A program made the translations under genes and the position numbers. Positions 60,756 through 64,000 of a stretch of 64,000 nucleotides of DNA are shown piece after piece. How positions within the stretch are numbered: position 1 is the stretch's first letter; every line of letters starts with the position of its first letter. The stretch comes from Shigella phage Sf16. Below the pieces are notes generated by a model. It saw only the letters and a list, made by a program, of their open reading frames with translations. It ran no database searches and was not told the DNA's origin. The DNA lies in the sequence record MF158043. One strand, 5' to 3'.

Positions 60756-60962
60756 ATGTTATATCAACGTGAGTTAATGATTGTTGACAACAACAAAACA
60801 AATAAACGTCGTTTCTATATGCTAATTTGTGATGTTTGGCAACGCATTTCAGAAAAGGATTTTGATAAATATGTTGATACGTCAATCAGGTCAGATTGTT
60901 ACTTGACAACTCATACAAGACAGTTTACAAGGCATACAGCAATTTATTATTACAACGTTTAA
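60756..60962 (+). CDS. hypothetical small protein
   Basis: 68-aa ORF preceded by conserved leader CCTAAACTGGAGAATCTAAAA. Confidence 0.35.
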   Translation: MLYQRELMIVDNNKTNKRRFYMLICDVWQRISEKDFDKYVDTSIRSDCYLTTHTRQFTRHTAIYYYNV

Positions 60963-60973
60963 AAGGCTTGACA

Positions 60974-61135
60974 ATGATTAAAGAAAACGATGTAATACAA
61001 TACAAAGATTTGGACGGATACCCAAAAATTGGTAAAGTTTTCTATCTCTATAAGTCTGCTATGGGTAATGATTGTATAGCCCTTATAAATGGCGACAAAA
61101 TAACCATGAAAGATTTTATAAAAATTATTGCATAA
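60974..61135 (+). CDS. hypothetical small protein
   Basis: internal ATG 60974 of track ORF 60896-61135. Confidence 0.3.
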   Translation: MIKENDVIQYKDLDGYPKIGKVFYLYKSAMGNDCIALINGDKITMKDFIKIIA

Positions 61136-61218
61136 AGTGCTTTACATGGGGTTTAAAAGCTAGTATCTTAAGCCCAGATAAAGAGCTTTACAAACAATCC
61201 TAAACTGGAGAATCTAAA
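61136..61218 (+). promoter_or_regulatory. repeated promoter/stem-loop/leader element (PeSL-like), copy 1
   Basis: TTTACA-17-TATCTT, hairpin CTTTACATGGGG...CCCCAGATAAAG, conserved leader and GGAG RBS. Confidence 0.5.
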
Positions 61219-61599
61219 ATGAAATATCGTGCGCCTAAATTTATCAACAAAGAAAACTTTCGTAGTATCTTAGAGGAAACTATGAAAGAAAACTTCAAAG
61301 AAAAAATAATTGTTGTTCACGCTTACAATTTTAAGTATGATGTTAATGGTAACCGTATTAACCACTACAAAGCTACTATGCTTGACGGCACATTATCCGG
61401 TGAAAAAGCTATCATAAATGCTATTGCAGGACGTGGTAAAACTGTGATACGATGCGAAAAAAGACGCTATCAAGGCGGAAAATATGGATATGAAGATGCA
61501 ATGTACCATCTTGATAAAATGGGGTATGATGTAGAGAAAGCTGGAGTATCTCAAACGATTGGTAGTGACGGCTACGTTACAGTTTTCAAAATTAACTAA
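61219..61599 (+). CDS. hypothetical small protein
   Basis: 126-aa ORF after element copy 1. Confidence 0.4.
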   Translation: MKYRAPKFINKENFRSILEETMKENFKEKIIVVHAYNFKYDVNGNRINHYKATMLDGTLSGEKAIINAIAGRGKTVIRCEKRRYQGGKYGYEDAMYHLDKMGYDVEKAGVSQTIGSDGYVTVFKIN

Positions 61600-61691
61600 A
61601 TAAAGTCCTTTACATGGGGTTTATAGTTAGATAAGATAAGCCCCAGATAAAGAGCTTTACCAAACAATAACCTAAACTGGAGAATCAAAAA
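61600..61691 (+). promoter_or_regulatory. PeSL-like element, copy 2
   Basis: TTTACA-17-TAAGAT, same hairpin arms and leader. Confidence 0.5.
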
Positions 61692-61949
61692 ATGGCTACT
61701 ATCAAAAACATCATTGTATCTGCAAAATCTCGTGATGACGCTCGCGCAACTGCTAAAAAACTAAATGGCAAAGTTGTTGACAACGGAAAAGAAGCTGCTG
61801 TAAGATGGGGCGTGAAATGTGATAAGGAAATTACTTTAAAACGTAGTTCCTATGACCTTTTCAAAGGTGTAAAAGCAATCGGTAGAACTAATGTCTACAC
61901 AAAGAAAGGTTACAAAATGCACTTATCATTAACTAGCAATTTAATCTGA
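61692..61949 (+). CDS. hypothetical small protein
   Basis: 85-aa ORF. Confidence 0.4.
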   Translation: MATIKNIIVSAKSRDDARATAKKLNGKVVDNGKEAAVRWGVKCDKEITLKRSSYDLFKGVKAIGRTNVYTKKGYKMHLSLTSNLI

Positions 61950-62040
61950 TAAAGTGCTTTACATGGGGTTTATAAGTTGCTAGTATAAGCCCCAGATAAA
62001 GAGCTTTACTAACCAATAGTCCTAAACTGGAGAATCTAAA
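61950..62040 (+). promoter_or_regulatory. PeSL-like element, copy 3
   Basis: TTTACA-17-TAGTAT, same hairpin arms and leader. Confidence 0.5.
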
Positions 62041-62553
62041 ATGAATTTTGTTGAAAGCACCTTTGAAGTTCAAAAAGAAAAATTCACTATCATCTATGAA
62101 GCTGTTAATATTTGTGAAGCATCCCATTGTGTGGAGAATTGGAAGTTTACCGATGAGCACAAAGGCGGGGTTACAATCAAACTTAAAAATCCAGAGCGTA
62201 ACGGGTACAAATATGCAATTCCACAGCATTACAGCCTTGCACAATTGATGAGTGATTATGCTAAGCAAGGCCGCGAAAATCCATCTATAGAGGCTTACAA
62301 GAGCTTACAAGATGAATTACAAAGAGATTTAGAAGCTAACAGCTATGTGCTATTTGCAAAGGTAGAAGATAAAGAAGGTAATACGGTATTAAATAGCTTT
62401 TCACTTGCTTATGGTTTCGATTGGTGTTATCTTGACGGGGAAGATTTAGATTCACGCTTAGAAGAGGAAGTGTCGAACTCCGATGGAGAATCTGAAGTAA
62501 TGGAACGTTTAGAAGCCTTGAAAGATTCTGTTATGAATATCTTTAATATCTAA
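62041..62553 (+). CDS. hypothetical protein
   Basis: 170-aa ORF, acidic C-terminus. Confidence 0.4.
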   Translation: MNFVESTFEVQKEKFTIIYEAVNICEASHCVENWKFTDEHKGGVTIKLKNPERNGYKYAIPQHYSLAQLMSDYAKQGRENPSIEAYKSLQDELQRDLEANSYVLFAKVEDKEGNTVLNSFSLAYGFDWCYLDGEDLDSRLEEEVSNSDGESEVMERLEALKDSVMNIFNI

Positions 62554-62636
62554 AGTGCTTTACATGGGGTTATCAAGTTGATAAGATAGCCCCAGATAAA
62601 GAGCTTTACAAACAATCCTAAACTGGAGAATCTAAA
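62554..62636 (+). promoter_or_regulatory. PeSL-like element, copy 4
   Basis: TTTACA-17-TAAGAT, same hairpin arms and leader. Confidence 0.5.
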
Positions 62637-62933
62637 ATGTTTATTGCCGCAAACGTTAGAACTAAATTAAGCCAGCTATTAAGTAATATCCAATTCATTG
62701 AATCCATGCGCCGTACATCTGAAGCCGTAGAGTGGTATCATGGAAAGATTAACAAAAAGGAAGTAATAATTTGTGTATGGAACTTTTGTAAAGAATACAA
62801 AAAACCATTGCTTCAGGTTGATATCTATGATAACACTAATAAGTCATCGATTAAGACTACTAGAGATATGGTTGATTCATATGAAATTAGTCACACTGGT
62901 AAACTATTTCACAAAGGCGTGAACAAATGTTAA
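62637..62933 (+). CDS. hypothetical small protein
   Basis: 98-aa ORF. Confidence 0.4.
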   Translation: MFIAANVRTKLSQLLSNIQFIESMRRTSEAVEWYHGKINKKEVIICVWNFCKEYKKPLLQVDIYDNTNKSSIKTTRDMVDSYEISHTGKLFHKGVNKC

Positions 62934-63274
62934 TCACATACACTGCAATTTTTATCTCTATTGTGGCGCTCTATAAAGCTCTGCAAGCGCACAGTATAGC
63001 TAATAAGGCACTTACAAGGGATTTAAAAATAAATCTTGTACGGGGATTTTTAGAGCGTTTGAGCTTAGAACAATTGAAACGCTTAGAGATGAGCTTTCGA
63101 TTCAAAGCAGAAACATACCGGATTGATAACATCCTAGACGGTGATTTTAAATTAATCAGTGATTATGACATACTTCTTGAGTCAATTCAAGATATAAACC
63201 TGAAAGATTATTATATCGTGATAGCACAAGAAATTAATAAAAAAGAGCTTGCAATGCAGAATCAAAACAAGTAA
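62927..63274 (+). CDS. hypothetical protein with N-terminal hydrophobic segment
   Basis: 115-aa ORF, no element upstream (translationally coupled). Confidence 0.35.
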   Translation: MLITYTAIFISIVALYKALQAHSIANKALTRDLKINLVRGFLERLSLEQLKRLEMSFRFKAETYRIDNILDGDFKLISDYDILLESIQDINLKDYYIVIAQEINKKELAMQNQNK

Positions 63275-63332
63275 AGTATTCATCAACGGGGCAAGATAGA
63301 AGCCCCAACAATCCTAAACTGGAGAATCTAAA
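63275..63332 (+). promoter_or_regulatory. variant leader element (type B) with GGGGC...GCCCC hairpin
   Basis: shares CATCAACGGG...CCCAACAATCCTAAACTGGAGAATCTAAAATG with the leader at 60704-60755. Confidence 0.4.
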
Positions 63333-63605
63333 ATGTATACTACTAATGACGGTCGCACTTTGAACGTAACTTTAAAACACTATGTAGACGGTGTATTAAA
63401 CTTTGAAGAGTTAAGAGCAGAACAGCACCTATTAGATTGGCAAGTAGCAGGTTTACAAAAAACCGCCACAGGATATGGAAAGAAAATTCCTACATCTTGG
63501 AAAGTTCGATACCTTGGAAAGTTACGCAGAATTTATCAAGATGTTTATAGTAATAGCGGTGTAAGTTATATTATTGTTAGCGGTAAAAAATTGTATTTAG
63601 TCTAA
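63333..63605 (+). CDS. hypothetical small protein
   Basis: 90-aa ORF; its 3-prime 185 bp is duplicated at 63816-64000. Confidence 0.4.
   Translation: MYTTNDGRTLNVTLKHYVDGVLNFEELRAEQHLLDWQVAGLQKTATGYGKKIPTSWKVRYLGKLRRIYQDVYSNSGVSYIIVSGKKLYLV
63421..63605 (+). repeat. 185-bp exact direct repeat, copy A
   Basis: identical base-for-base to 63816-64000. Confidence 0.8.
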
Positions 63606-63695
63606 TAAATTGCTTTACATGGGGTTTAAAAGTTAGTATCTTAAGCCCCAGATAAAGAGATTTACCAACAATCAACCTAAACTGGAGACTAGAAA
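63606..63695 (+). promoter_or_regulatory. PeSL-like element, copy 5
   Basis: TTTACA-17-TATCTT, same hairpin arms, variant leader. Confidence 0.5.
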
Positions 63696-63830
63696 ATGAC
63701 TACAATTAATCACAAAGAAGTTGCAATTTTGAAAGCACGTTTGACCATTAACCGCATCAACATTGTAACATCAGCAGCGCCAGACGAAACACTGCATAAT
63801 ATCATCGGTAAAATTAACAGCACCTATTAG
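63696..63830 (+). CDS. short 44-aa ORF running into the duplicated segment
   Basis: hand translation; terminates at TAG 5 codons into the repeat copy, in a different frame from the original gene. Confidence 0.25.
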   Translation: MTTINHKEVAILKARLTINRINIVTSAAPDETLHNIIGKINSTY

Positions 63831-64000
63831 ATTGGCAAGTAGCAGGTTTACAAAAAACCGCCACAGGATATGGAAAGAAAATTCCTACATCTTGGAAAGT
63901 TCGATACCTTGGAAAGTTACGCAGAATTTATCAAGATGTTTATAGTAATAGCGGTGTAAGTTATATTATTGTTAGCGGTAAAAAATTGTATTTAGTCTAA
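63816..64000 (+). repeat. 185-bp exact direct repeat, copy B (start-less 3-prime gene fragment, truncated by window end)
   Basis: identical to 63421-63605; in the gene frame a stop lies immediately upstream and no start codon is present. Confidence 0.8.

Overview
This 64-kb window reads as a contiguous segment of a large virulent tailed-phage (myovirus-like) genome, densely coding, with three strand blocks. (1) 1-20536, + strand: virion morphogenesis, comprising a lambda-like head module (S49 prohead protease, decoration-like protein, major capsid), tail sheath and tube, frameshifted tail chaperone, tape measure, Mu/P2-like baseplate genes and two His-rich tail fibres. (2) 20572-29841, - strand: thymidylate synthase, DHFR, small proteins, ATP-dependent DNA ligase and a family-A DNA polymerase. 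(3) 30101-64000, + strand: dNMP kinase, T7-type primase-helicase, exonuclease, two homing-endonuclease-like genes, MazG-like protein, aerobic (NrdAB plus glutaredoxin) and anaerobic (NrdDG) ribonucleotide reductases, a PRS-like plus NAMPT-like pair, rIIA/rIIB, a lysis cluster, a TARG1/DarG-like macro-domain gene, and a terminal array of small ORFs each preceded by a repeated promoter/stem-loop/leader element. The strongest candidates for a counter-defence system are the PRS-like/NAMPT-like pair (NAD+ reconstitution) and the macro-domain ADP-ribosyl hydrolase, with the repeat-punctuated small-ORF array as a likely accessory gene-shuffling region. All calls rest on motif recognition by eye and gene context; no database search was run. 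Start codons were moved from the ORF track where an ATG with a Shine-Dalgarno lay downstream of a GTG/TTG track start; coordinates of small regulatory elements are approximate to a few bases.
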